64,000 bases of DNA from Camelus ferus (lineage: Eukaryota), in the NCBI RefSeq assembly GCF_009834535.1, contig NC_045697.1, positions 44,766,001-44,830,000 of the forward strand, in the 5' to 3' direction. Positions 26,740 through 38,569 of the stretch are shown here, piece after piece (position 1 is the stretch's first letter; each line of letters opens with the position of its first letter). Under the pieces are notes generated by a model. That model saw only the letters and a list, made by a program, of their open reading frames with translations, did not search any database and was not told the origin of the DNA. A program made the position numbers and the translations under genes.

Positions 26740-27450
26740 AGACAGTGTTGCCTAGTGGTTAAGCATGTGGGCTATGGAGTCAGAATGCCTGGATGTAAAT
26801 GTTGCTTCTTATCTGTTGCTTATTATCTCTGTGAACTTGGGCAAGTTGCTTAACCTTGCTTTGTCTCTGTTTCCTCCTCCAAAATAGAGCTAACACTGCC
26901 TACCTCAAGTGGTTGTTACGAGGATTAAGTGAATTAGTGCAGCTTAGTGCTTGTGGTGTTTTCTGGCTTGTGGTAAGCATACAATAAATGCCATTTCTTA
27001 CAATTATTGAGGGTCCTTGTTGTGGGTTAGCCTAGGATTTCTAAGGACATTAGCATTTATGTTCTTTGACCTTAGTGTCAGGAGAATCCAGGAAGCTTAT
27101 ATATGAAGGGTGATGTCATTGTTCATAGCACAGAGGCAAATCTAATGTTAAACAAAATGAGCGACAAACACTAGCTACCTTGTGGATTAGAAGATCTAAG
27201 AACATGATGAGGATGGTGACAGTTTACATTTTTAGTGCATAATAAGTGTCAAGCATTGTTTTAACTTTGCATGTATTAGCTTATGTAACTATTGCAGGGA
27301 CCTTATGAGGTAGGTATTATCATTGTCCCTGTGTTCCAGATGGGAAATTTGAGGCTCAGCGAAGTTACATTACTCATTGCAGGTCACACAAGCAGTAAGT
27401 GGCAGAGTTATTGCTTTAAATCCGGGCAGTCTGACTGCAGAGGCCATGTA
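26740..27450. mobile_element. MIR SINEs (about 26740-27000 and 27230-27450)
   Basis: agtggttaagcatgtgggctatggagtcaga...ttgggcaagttgcttaacc, and cagatgggaaatttgaggctcag. Confidence 0.8.
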
Positions 27451-27659
27451 TGGGGCACTCCTGTTCCCCTTGAACCCCTCCCCCAGGGGGCCCTCTTCCG
27501 TGAGGGCTTCTGTGCGGTCTCTCCTGGTCTGCTCAGGAGGTTGTTCCCTGCTTTCTATGCCCGTCACCCCCCATCTTGGACTGATCGGACTGTGGTTGGA
27601 GCTGTGCTGTGTTGTAGTTATTTGTTCATGTTTCAGTGACATCCTTGGGTGCGTAGACC

Positions 27660-28164
27660 AGACTGGTGCTTCTCCGACGGGCCTGTGAATGGCCTGGGGG
27701 ATCTTGTTAAAATGCAGATTCTGAATCAGTAGGTATGATGGTTAATTTCATGCGTCAACTTGACTGAGTGCCCGGATAGATGGTCCAGCATTATTTCTGG
27801 GTATGTCTGTGAGTTTTTGGGTGAGATTAACATTTAAATGAGTGGACTGAGTGAAGCGGATTGCCTTCCCTAATTCTGATAGGCCTCATCCAATCAGTTG
27901 TAGGCCTGGATAGAACAAAAAGGCTGACCCTTCCCCAAGTAAGAGAGAATTCCTCCTGCCTGATTGCCTTTGAAGTTGGACATTGGCACCATCCTGCCTT
28001 TGGACTCAAATTGAAACATCAGCCCTTCCTGGGTCTCCAGCCTGCCAGCCTTGGACTGGAACTATACCACTGCCTCTCCTGGGCCTCCAGCTTGCCAACT
28101 CACCCAGTAGATCTTGGGACTTGTCAGCCTCTATAGTTGTGTGAGCCAATTTCTTGTAAGTCTC

Positions 28165-28215
<51 letters not shown>

Positions 28216-28370
28216 CTCTAAATATATCTATCAGTCTCCTATTAGTTCTGCCTCTCTGGAGAACCTGACTACTACAGTGGGTCTGAGCGGGGCCTGAGAT
28301 TCTGCATCTCTAACAAGTTTCCAGGTAATGCTGATGCTCCTAGGCAGTGGACCGCATTTTGAGAAGCGGA
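27660..28370. mobile_element. MER5A (hAT-Charlie) split by an MLT2 insertion
   Basis: Left half cttgttaaaatgcagattctgaatcagtagg (to 27733); right half gtgggtctgagcggggcctgagattctgcatctctaacaag (from 28277). Confidence 0.85.
27734..28276 (+). mobile_element. MLT2B-like ERVL solo LTR containing (TG)23
   Basis: tatgatggttaatttcatgcgtcaacttgac...ctctggagaacctgactactaca; 5-bp TSD gtagg/gtggg; microsatellite at 28167-28212. Confidence 0.9.
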
Positions 28371-28491
28371 GACAAGACTGCCTCATTCACCTTTTTATCC
28401 TTGGTCTCTAACACAGAGGGCATTCAGTGAGTTTCTTTTGAATGTTTTGGATGAAATTTCTTACCAGGCAAAAGATTCTCTAAAAGAAAAG

Positions 28492-28562
28492 GAAGTAGTG
28501 ATAAGATGACGTGATTTTGAAATAGTGAAGTAGTGAGAAGATGAAGTGATTTTGAAAACTGT
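28492..28562. repeat. ~35-bp tandem duplication (2 copies)
   Basis: gaagtagtgataagatgacgtgattttgaaatagt followed by gaagtagtgagaagatgaagtgattttgaaaactgt. Confidence 0.9.
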
Positions 28563-30730
28563 GACTTCAACTTTAATATAGTCCCAGTTTGACCTAAATA
28601 AAGAGGAGAAAAGAGAAGGGAAATCAGGAAAATGACAGATTGTAAAAGCTAAACATCTAGGAGGTGGAAAGTAAGATTAATGAGACTGATTGGGCCTGAT
28701 TGCCTCTCAGCATAGAGAAGATGAAATTGGTTTTAGCACTTGTGGTTTTAATAGCATGGATCTGAAACTATGCACTGCTTGTGTGTCTTAATGTTATAGA
28801 AAATTCAGCTCTATGCATTCATGCATCGAGAGTCTTTTTAATCATTTGTAAGTGTGATAATGCATCCATGAAGTCTGAGCCCGATAACCTTCAGTCAGTT
28901 TCATGAGTCATTATTTTCTTCTGTGGCGATGGTGCGGCTCATTGGCTGTGTTTCCTCTTGGAACTTTGTTCCTAAAGTTTGGTTACACTATAAACAGCTC
29001 AACCAGTGCAGGGCTTAATTTCCGTATGGTGAGTGTTGACAACAGGTTTCATCATTGACTAGTAACTAAGGTTTACTTACCAGACTTACAAACCTGTGAC
29101 TCTAAGACTGACATTACCTCAGGAAGCACGTAAAAGATAAAAGCGCTGAAACAGTAACAGCAGAGGAAGACAATAGGAGTAAGACACACACACAGAAACG
29201 CACATACAATTGAAGACGTGTTGATTGTAAGGTGTACCGTTAAGGTATGTGGTGCTAAAATGGAAAAAACTGCTGCACTATAATGATTTTAGTATTATAA
29301 TGATGTCATGTTATTATATTATAAGATGCATCCCAATGTCAGAGATGTTAACATGTGAAAAATGTGCATTTTAGAATTTCTGGAATACATTGTGAATTTT
29401 GTATACATGTCCATAATGTGTGGATGTATAAATAAATTAATATATGAATTTATTTATACATACCCACTTAGACATACAGGTAATATTGAGAGCCTTCTCT
29501 CTATATGTTGAAGGCCAGACTCTGTCTAGAAGGCTACAGATAGTCTATGCAGAATGTCAGAAAAATCTGTTTCCTCTGGTTCTCCAGAGCAAAATAGGAG
29601 CTTATTTTAAATGTCGGGAATGACTGAAACAGAGGCTCACTGTAATGTTCCTAGGGCTGAAACTATTGGAGGCTTCAAAAATAATATTTATTTTGACCTG
29701 TGAAATTGAGGCTCTCTAGTTAACAAAGAAAATTATAATTCAAATAAAAGCTGTTTAGTTATTTATATGAAATATTTATCTGTGATATGCCTTCATGCTA
29801 TCTTGATTTTTTCCCAGACATTTTGGTACAGATCTGCCGCTTTGTACAATCGTGTTTGAGCTGAGGTATCGCTGAAGTTGACCCTGTTAATAAAGCCAGC
29901 TTGCCAAGGCTTTCACTGCTTGACCTTGGTTACAATTGCAGGGCAAGTTCAGAACTGCTCCACACACACAGAGCTCCCAAAAGTTCAATAATGATCTTTA
30001 GGGTATGTGGGCTTTGTGACAAGTAGCAATGGACTTTATGTGGGAAACAATTAAAATAGCATCAGTGCCCACTAATGTCTTGCACCGAGGGATCAGAATT
30101 GTGAAAAAGCTGTGAACCCCGGGAGCATGATGGATATCGTGGGCAAGCCACAGTTGTCATGGAAAAGCTAATGATCATTATTTTCCATGGGTGAGACTTT
30201 CACACTGCCAATAAAACCTTTCAAATGGTGGACATGTGTCCCCCAGGAAACATGTTTAGGCCTTGCTAAAATCTGTTTCCTTTCTTCTCTCTCCCTAAAG
30301 TCCCTTTAAGAGATTGATTATTTAATGTTAAGCCTTGTTTTATTTCATGTTGCCTTCTGTTGATCTTGTATTTGAGTTAAGGCTAGCTTGTTTACTGCTA
30401 AAGCAGGAGAGAGAAGAGGAACATTAGGGGGTTCCAAGATAGCAAGACCATAGTGGTCAATAGCAATAAAACCTCATTTTTAGGGACAGAAGAACCACGG
30501 GAATTCTGTAAAATACTGTTATTATGCAAAGTAAAGTGTATTTTTTGCCTTGAAAAAAGAATCCACTGTTTGAATAATGACCGAAGACACACTGTACTTG
30601 CAGTTAACAGAAATTGAGAGTTTCCTGGGAGCCAGGCACTGGCAATAATCCCATAAGGAAGATACTCTTACTTGGCTGGTTTTACAGATGCAGACAATGA
30701 AGCACAGAAGTTTTAGATAACTTACCTAAG

Positions 30731-31170
30731 TGTGTCAGTCAAGGTCCTGAAAAGGAACACATTCAAATTGGGTAACTGGAAGAGAGTTTATTACAGGGGT
30801 TACAGAGTATTGGCAGGGTTTAGGGAAACCAACACAGAGTTAGCAAGATCGAGGGTCATTTCTAATCCTAGGGTTGAGGAACTGGGGGGAGGAACAGTTT
30901 CTGGATTCAAGCTGTATAGAGAGGACCGCCTGACAGGATCTGTGGATTTTGGGAGAGATGTTGGCATCTCAGAGATTTTGTAGAAAGGGAGCTGGGGCAA
31001 TAAATATCCAACCTCACTCTCCTTCTGCCTTTGGATATCCTGCTGGTCCCTTCCGCTGGCTGAATCCTATTGGAAGCCGGAGGGCAGAAGAGCCCATTGA
31101 TGTGGTCAGTCCCTGTGGCTCAGCCTCTTGGGACACAGAGCAGGATGGGATGTGGTCTAATTCCAGCACC
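30731..31170. mobile_element. LTR33-like ERVL LTR
   Basis: cacattcaaattgggtaactggaagagagttt...gaggaccgcctgacagga...aataaatatccaacctcactctcc...ggaagccggagggcagaagagcccattgatg matches LTR33 as I recall it. Confidence 0.75.
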
Positions 31171-32377
31171 AGTGCTCTGAACTACTGCCTCATGGCAGAT
31201 GCCTTCAGGTCACCTGAAGAATGAATCTAGGATTTTGAAAAATTCCATAGAAATGTCTTAGCAGCCCCAAACATCATTAATTTGTTCTTTATTATTCACT
31301 TAAAATTTTATGATCTCTAGTATTACACAGAACATCTTGTCTTTCTTTCCCAGGATTGTATGAAGTTCAGGTTTATCTTTGGCTCTTGAAGACTATGTGT
31401 TTTGTTACTTCTTCATCCTTTTGTGCAGTGTTCTTTTAGTTTTGGAAGCTCTTCCCTAATAATTATTTTAGTTGAGGAGAAATAAGTTCTTTTCTTAAAA
31501 GTGATCTTTAAGCCAGGTAGATTTGAGAGTATTTTGTAGTGTCAAGAAAGTATCTGTTTCTAAAAAAGACAAGAAATTGCCTTTTAATATACGTGTTAAA
31601 AAGCTAAATTGTCTGGAGAAAAATAATCCAGATAAGTAAATAAATGTCCATTTTTGTATTGAAATGCAATTATTTCCATAGATACCCGACCCATAAGGAT
31701 TAATTATACAGTTATGTTTTCGAAAGTCTATTTGAATTATATATAACAATGGTATAACAAACTTCTAACTTCCTATTCAAATACTTTGTGCACTTATTTT
31801 AGAAATTGTTGATGTACAGTGCTTTAAATAAAGATTAATTTAATAGATTCAGTGTTCTGTTTTTATTTTCACTTGCTACAAGATACATTTTGGAAATATG
31901 TTAGAGCTTATTAGCTACAATGATCTTGATTTTTATTTTTTTATTGTGTAAAAAAAGTGTAATGAAGATTTTATATGTTAAAATGGGGTGGTATGATGAT
32001 GATGTTTTGACCAGAGCAAGCTATTCTTTGTAGGGAGGAGGGAGCTTCAGATTACCCAGGAGTCTACATCTAGTCATGGGGTGTGTGGTAGTCACAGAGC
32101 TTAACGTGGTTTCTGGTGGCCTTAGTAGACTGCCAGTTTGGTGACTATCTTGCTTAATAGTAGTAATAACTAGTATTTGTATTCAGCTTTAAAACTTGCA
32201 AGATACTTTTATATGCATGCATTATTTGATCTAATTTTCAGCCTTAGAAGTTATGTTTTTATCATTAAAGTACAAACAAGGAGACTCATTGTCTAGTTTC
32301 ACAACTAGTAGATGTTAAAGCCAGAACCCTAACAAGTTTTCTGACTCCCAAGTTTGGATCTCTTTCTAATTTCTAAT

Positions 32378-32770
32378 GCTGACTCACAAGACATCGCCAT
32401 CCCACCCAACTGAGCAGACAGACCTGGGCTGATTGCCTCCCACAGTGAAGATCATTATCTCAACAGAGCCTTGGTGGTGTCTCCTTCAACCATGCCATGG
32501 CTAGGATTTTACTGAGAATTGGGCGTTTGGTTTAAGGTGAGTCTTTCAGTGAGGGCACGTGACTAGGACTGAGTAAGGATGGCAGTGTAATAGTTCAGGA
32601 CTGGTGAAAACAGAAAGGTGAGAGTGTCCAAGAGTGTTGATACTTACTGAAGATTTTGGGAAATTCTTGTGATGAACAATCAAGGTACTTTCTTCAGCAA
32701 GTGTCCCCTGGAATAGTAAAGTAATGCTAACGAGGACAGTGGAGAAGGAAAGTCTTGTAAATGTAGCTAG

Positions 32771-32817
<47 letters not shown>

Positions 32818-32843
32818 TGTGTGTGAAAGTAGGTCATTCCACA
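32378..32843 (-). mobile_element. ERV1 LTR (MER31/MER67-like); 3' LTR of the adjacent env remnant
   Basis: TG...CA boundaries; ggtttaaggtgagtctttca, gatgaacaatcaag and cctggaatagtaaagtaatgctaa resemble MER31 as recalled; AGTAAA on the minus strand at 32508-32513; includes (TG)n at 32774-32825. Confidence 0.7.
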
Positions 32844-32879
32844 GTAGTTCCTTGGTGTCCAATCTGTGCACTGAAGGTA

Positions 32880-33662
32880 CAATCATTCCCCCTTTATCTG
32901 TGGGAGATATGGTCCAATACCCACAGTGAAAGCTTGAAACTGTGGGTGGTACCAAACCCTATATATATACTATGTTTTTTCCTATACATACATACCTATG
33001 ATAAAGTTTAACTTATAAGTTAGGTACAGTAAGAGGTTAATAACAATAACTAATAATAAAATAGAACAATTATAATAATATACTGTAATAAAAGCTGTAT
33101 GTATGTGGTTTCTCTCAAAATACCTTTTCCATCTTAACTAACCACTTACCATGCCCTGTGGCCTTAACTTTTATGGTTTGAGGTGTTACAGTAAAACTAG
33201 CGTGAATTTCTTTTTACTTTTTCACAATTTCATAGATAGATTTGTTCTTACTATAGATCTTAGCATGGGATTTTTTTCTTTTCATATTAAGTTGATAACT
33301 ATCCCTTTTTCACTTAAAGGACGCACTTTACAGCTTCTCTCTGGCATATCCAAATTGCCAGCATCACTACTCTTGCACTTCAAGGCCATTATTAAGTAAA
33401 ATAAGGGTTACTTGAACGCAGGCACTGTGATACTGTGACACTTTATCTGATAACCCAGATGGCTACTAAGTGACTAAGGGGCAGGATATGCTGGACAAAG
33501 GGAGGATTCATGTCTTAGGCAGGACGAGTGAGATTTCATCATGCTTAGAACTGCATGCAGTTGAAAACTTAGAATTGTTGATTTTGTGGAATTTTCCATT
33601 TAATGTTTTCGGAAGGCAGTTCACCTTGGGTAACTGAAACTGCAGATAAGGGGGGCCTGCTC
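32880..33662. mobile_element. MER44/Tigger7-type TcMar DNA transposon inserted into the ERV
   Basis: TA target at 32878-32879; degenerate terminal inverted repeats caatcattcccctttatctgtgg and ctgcagataaggggggcctgctc; typical aaaccctatatatatactatg...catacctatgataaagttta core. Confidence 0.85.
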
Positions 33663-33749
33663 CAGATGGCTTAGTGTTCCGGTGTTCCCCTTGTGGCTGT
33701 TCTTCAGCCTGAACTGAAGGACAGGTCATTTCTATCTGGGGTGTGATCA

Positions 33750-34730
33750 TGCCAGGTCTTCACCAGTGTTTGAGGTGCCACTGTTGCATATCAGGTATCT
33801 GGGGGTTGTTGTTTCTACCCCTGTCAGTATCAAATTTTCCCATTCTTTTTGCTCAATGATTGCTTGTTGGGTCATTTGATAGGATGAAGGCCGCACAGCA
33901 GGATTTAAGACTCCAGAGATCATACATCTCAACTCCGTGACACAAATACTAAAAGAAGGATTGTGATCAGAGTTCTTAGTTTGCTTCTCAATCAGAAGTC
34001 CAGAGTGCCCAAATTAAACCAAGAGATTACGTCTTATACCAAATGTTGAAGAGCTCACAGAACAAGATATGGGATTATTAGCGACGTTACCAAATTTCCT
34101 TTGCTTCTTGGATCTTTTTAGTGTTATTAAAGATCCAGGAGAAGTCTGTTGGGATGTAAGTACAATATTCTTCCTCTGTAACAGCACATGTTCCCCCTCA
34201 AAAGGCTAGTATTGTATCTCAGGCAGCCCTATTCTGAGCCACTGTCTGTCCAGTTTGTTCTCTACTCTTGGACCCATTGTTTGAGTCACCTGCGAGTCTC
34301 TGAACTGTGGCATTTAGGATTCTTCTTACTTTCCTGGACTCTTGTAAATCATGATGTGAAAAGGAGAAAGCAATCAAGAGTTTCCCTGAGAAGTTATGAT
34401 TTTGGTTCTCGTACGGGGACCCCATTTTTCTCCTTTTTCTTAGAGTACAAACTGATGAGTTCGAATGGGCCCTGGGTGATTTCAGGGACAATCCTGAAAG
34501 CAGGCACTAGTTTACCAAAGTAAGAAATTCCTGTTCAGTTATTGGTAGTAGTCAGTAGGCTTATCTTCTGCAAATACAAGACCAGTCATTAGGGACTACA
34601 CATTTGTCTGCTTTTGGGCAAAAGACTCCTATAGGGTTATCAAATAGTACTGTAACATTTGGTGCCACTCATTAGCTAGAGTTTAGCATCACACAATGAA
34701 ATTTGTGGTATTGAGATCGTTAGGTAGGTC
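33750..34730 (-). pseudogene. Degenerate gamma-type (ERV1) retroviral envelope gene: SU C-terminus and TM subunit
   Basis: Minus-strand translation gives CICRR*AY*LLP/N*TGISYFGKLVP (within 34602-34484), RKRR (34440-34429), QNRAA*DTILAF*GGTCAVTEEEYCTYIP (34236-34150), SWFNLG...LITILLLVFV, and tail RCMISGVLNPAVRPSSYQM. Multiple stops and frameshifts. Confidence 0.88.
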
Positions 34731-35569
34731 TGAAGCAAAAAAAAAAAAAGAAAAAAGGTGTCATCCTTGTAACATCTGTGAAAGGGGGACAGCTTACAAA
34801 TCCACACCAACTTAATAAACCACCACTACCTGTCCTAGTGACTGTTTCTCAGGAAAATGAAATATTTCTCCCCCTGAGAATTCACTTATGCTTTCAGTTA
34901 ATTTGGCGCTTTTTGAAATATGTCAGGCATTGCACATGTTGCAAAAATAATTGTCTAAGACCTTCTTTTTCCTTTTTTCTTATACTGGAAGTAAGTAGCA
35001 TAGCTGGCGAACCCTGCACCTACTGCAAGTTCCCTCATGGCCACTTCTGCTGCCATTGTGACCCTGAGACATGCTTCTCTCCCGAGCCCCCTTGTGTTCC
35101 TGTGGCTGCCCAAGTACTTCAGAATCCTGGAGAATACTTATGTGGGTCTGTGTTCTGTGAAGCTGTATGGATTTCTTTTTTCTTTTAAAACATTGTATGG
35201 ATTTCATATACATACTGATAATTATTTGGGAAATGAAACTGACAATTCGGGAGGGAAAAGAGAGATCAGATGAAGCACGTGGGAAGGTTGAAGATTTTTC
35301 ACAATACAGCATTGAATCATGGAAAGAAACTGAGGTCTTGGGACAGCATTCCTACCTTTTAGGACAGCCCACATAAAGCAACCTAAGGGATACACAGAGT
35401 ATCTTACTATGTTTTGATGTGTTCTTAGATGAAAGTACCTTGGACTGGGTTATGACCAGAGAACTTTATGTACTCAAGAGTTGGCTGAAGAAATGTCATG
35501 AAGGCATAGTCAGATTACACCGTAGCTAACAATACCACCACCACCATGACTGCCTTGACACCTATCATT

Positions 35570-35780
35570 TCTTGTCTGCTTACTCTAGGCCAGGAAACAT
35601 GCTAAGTGTCTTATGGCATTTCCTCATTTAACCCTCTAGCAACCCTATGAAGTGACTATTATTAGTATTCTGATTTTACAGATGAAGAAATCAAGGCTTA
35701 GAAAGCTTAAGTAACATAGTCAAGAGCATATGAGTAGAAATATGGTAGAACTTGTGCTTGAGGACAGGCCTCTGATTCAG
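35570..35780 (-). mobile_element. MIR SINE
   Basis: gcaaccctatgaag...gattttacagatgaagaaatcaaggcttagaaagcttaagtaac. Confidence 0.8.
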
Positions 35781-37479
35781 CAAAATACATTAATAAAGTT
35801 CCAATTTGAGCATCCAAATGGTTGGATGTGGGAGCAGCCCCTATGAGACCTGAGAGTGAATCTCAATAACTTGGCATAGTTAGCAGGACCCCTAAACTCA
35901 TAGTAGCATGTCTACAGTGATGTCATAGAAGTACCCAGTGGGCTCCCTGGCAAAAGGGAGGCTTTAAATGTACAATTGGGGAATTTATGTTTAGTGTCTA
36001 AAATTCCTCTGGGAGTCCTTTAAAGAGCTGATGACCAGATGGGTATGAATGAAGGACAGTTGTGACTCCTAAAGCCAAATCAAATTTTTTGAATCGAGAA
36101 AAAGTAGAATCTTCTTTTATGCCAATGGAATAGACCAACAAGCAGAATTTGTAGGAAGTGGTGGATATACATCAGTCCTAGGAAATTGCTGAATAGGTCA
36201 GAGTGGAGGTCAGAAATCCAAACTGAAGTTCTGCTACAGAGTAGGTGGCAGAGAAGGGGATATACTTCAGACTACCAGGAATTTATCCTACTTCTGGGGT
36301 CTCTGAACCTTTCTTGTGAGGTTTATGGGGACTACTCTGACTCTTGTGAAGAACATGAGGTGGCTTTCACTAGATGTTTTCAGAGTCTATACTTCATGTA
36401 TATTTCTTTCCATCATCTTGAGAGTTGGAAGGGGGAACCACAGTAGTGAGAGTGTGAAAATATTGGTCATAGCGTTTTGTCATCTATTATTTTAAGAAAA
36501 CGTAGGTTTTATTATTTGGTATCCACATTAAATTCTTCAACTAATTAAGCAGAAAAATTAGAAGATCAGTATCTACTTTTCAAAGGATCCTATGCTTTAA
36601 AGAAAAGATTCACTGTAGGATTTTTTTCTTACACAGTGTTATTCCTTGGGCATTAAAGTACACATTTATATAGAATTAATTCAAAGTGACTAAGGAGAAA
36701 AGGAACATAAATGTGAAGAGTTAAAAGCCACTATCAGTTGGAGATCAGTTAGAAACAAAGATAGACTTTTCTTAAGGCAAAATGTGAGTCAATAGGACAA
36801 CCAGGTTTGATTTACAAAAATCCTGCTCAGAGACGTAGCTTATCAAGTATACTTGTGCTGATTCTGTGTTGGGCACCTCTCTTTGTCTTGGTGTGTTTAT
36901 GTGGTTGATTCCTTAAACCACTGCAGTAGGAATGGGAAGTCAGCTTTCAGAAACAGTTGGTACTATAAGGATCCCCTTCCTGGGTAAGCAGACTGCCCCT
37001 AAGATGGCCATAGATCTATCATATATTTTTATAATTTCAAATCAGCACTCAGTATTGACAACTGGTAGAGCAGAAAAATAATGGTGCACACCTATGTATA
37101 ATCTATGTTTATGAATTTTCTACGTAGGGATTCTCTGTAGATGAGTTCAGTATTGTGGTCAGAACTTTGTATTCCTATGTTTCAGTCATTTATAAATAAT
37201 ACAGAGGGTGATAATTAGTCACATAAATAACACAGAGGCTATCCATGACCTTATTTCTTTTTATTACAGTTATCCCTACTTAGACCACTGTAATATATAT
37301 TTGGAGGAGAAATGGAATTAGTCCCTACGTTTTTGAACCCCTTCTTGTTTATTGCCAAAAGCAAGACATGAAAAATAGATAAAGGCTGAAATAGCCTTAA
37401 CCATTTAAAAACCAGGAGAAATAACTACACATTAAGGCAGGTAGCCATGATTTACCAAACATGATGTTCAAAAGGTAGT

Positions 37480-38380
37480 CTTCCTGTCTGACCTCTCCCT
37501 GGAGACATCTCGCAAACAGCTCAAACGTGGCACATCCTAAATGGAACTCTTATTTTCTTCTCCAAGTCTATGCCCCTATCTTCAGTTTCCTCCATTTCCA
37601 CAGATGGCACCCACACCCACCCGACTGTTGTTGTAGCTGTTTCTGATACATCTCACATACAGTTTATAAGCAAGTCCTGCTGATTCTGAAGTGTCTTGAA
37701 TCCATATACTTTATCCACGAACACTGTCATTTTCTTAGTCTAAGGCGTTCTTATTTCTCACCTGTACCATAGCGTTAGTGTACTGACTGGCTTCCCTACT
37801 TCCACCCTTGGCCCCTCCCATCAATTAGCCACCCAGAGATAGGAGTGATTTTCTAAAAACATTTATCAGACCATTTTATTCCCCTGGCTATAATTCATTA
37901 ATAGATTCCTATTGTATTTGGAGTAAAATCCAAAGGCCTTTTAAGGGGCTACAAACTCTTACATGGTGTGGCTCTTGCCTCTCCTCCAGCACTTGCATTC
38001 TACTCTTCAGCGCACACTGTCCAGTGTTTCGAACACATCGTGGGCTCTCTCCTTGAGGGCTCTGCTGTGTCCCCGCACACCCAGTGTGTATGCACAGCTC
38101 GCTTTCCATCCTATAGGTCTTGGCTCAAATGTCAGCTCTTCAGAGGGGCCTGGCCCTATAGGTTTCTCTGGTTATTCTCTTTCTCACTTTCTTTTTGTTT
38201 CATTTATAACATATAATGTGAGGCTATCATTATTTTATTTGCCTGTTTGCTTGTGTATTTCTCTCTTCCAAGCCAGTATGTAAACTCCACGAGAACAAAG
38301 ACAGTTACTTTTGAACAAGTTCCATACTTAGTGTCTTGCACATAGTAGGTAGCCAGTAAATACTGGTTGAGTGAATCATC
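37480..38380 (+). mobile_element. L2 LINE 3' region
   Basis: tctcgcaaacagctcaaac...ggagtaaaatccaaaggcc...tgtaaactccacgagaac...aaatactggttgagtgaat. Confidence 0.85.
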
Positions 38381-38569
38381 TTGGAATTGACTGTCCCACA
38401 GAAATGTTAAAAATAATAGTTGATTTCATAATCACCTCGTAAAAGCCTGTTTATTTCAAGGCTGTAGTTTGCCCATGGCTCTAGGATTAGCAGCTCGAGC
38501 TACGGGTTCTGAGAGCCAGGGCTATGAGTGGGGTTCAGGAAAAGGAGGAAGGTAGTTTGCTCTCATTTT

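Noticed and set aside
33750..34730. Functional captured env (syncytin/HEMO-like gene)
   Set aside because: Several in-frame stops (including in the immunosuppressive domain), frameshifts, a mutated CX6CC, and no recognisable signal peptide or N-terminal SU.
35260..36470. Coding-like decayed segment (DWVMTRELYVLKSWLKK faintly resembles a pogo/Tigger DDE motif)
   Set aside because: Only one weak motif among many stops; no family can be assigned without a search.
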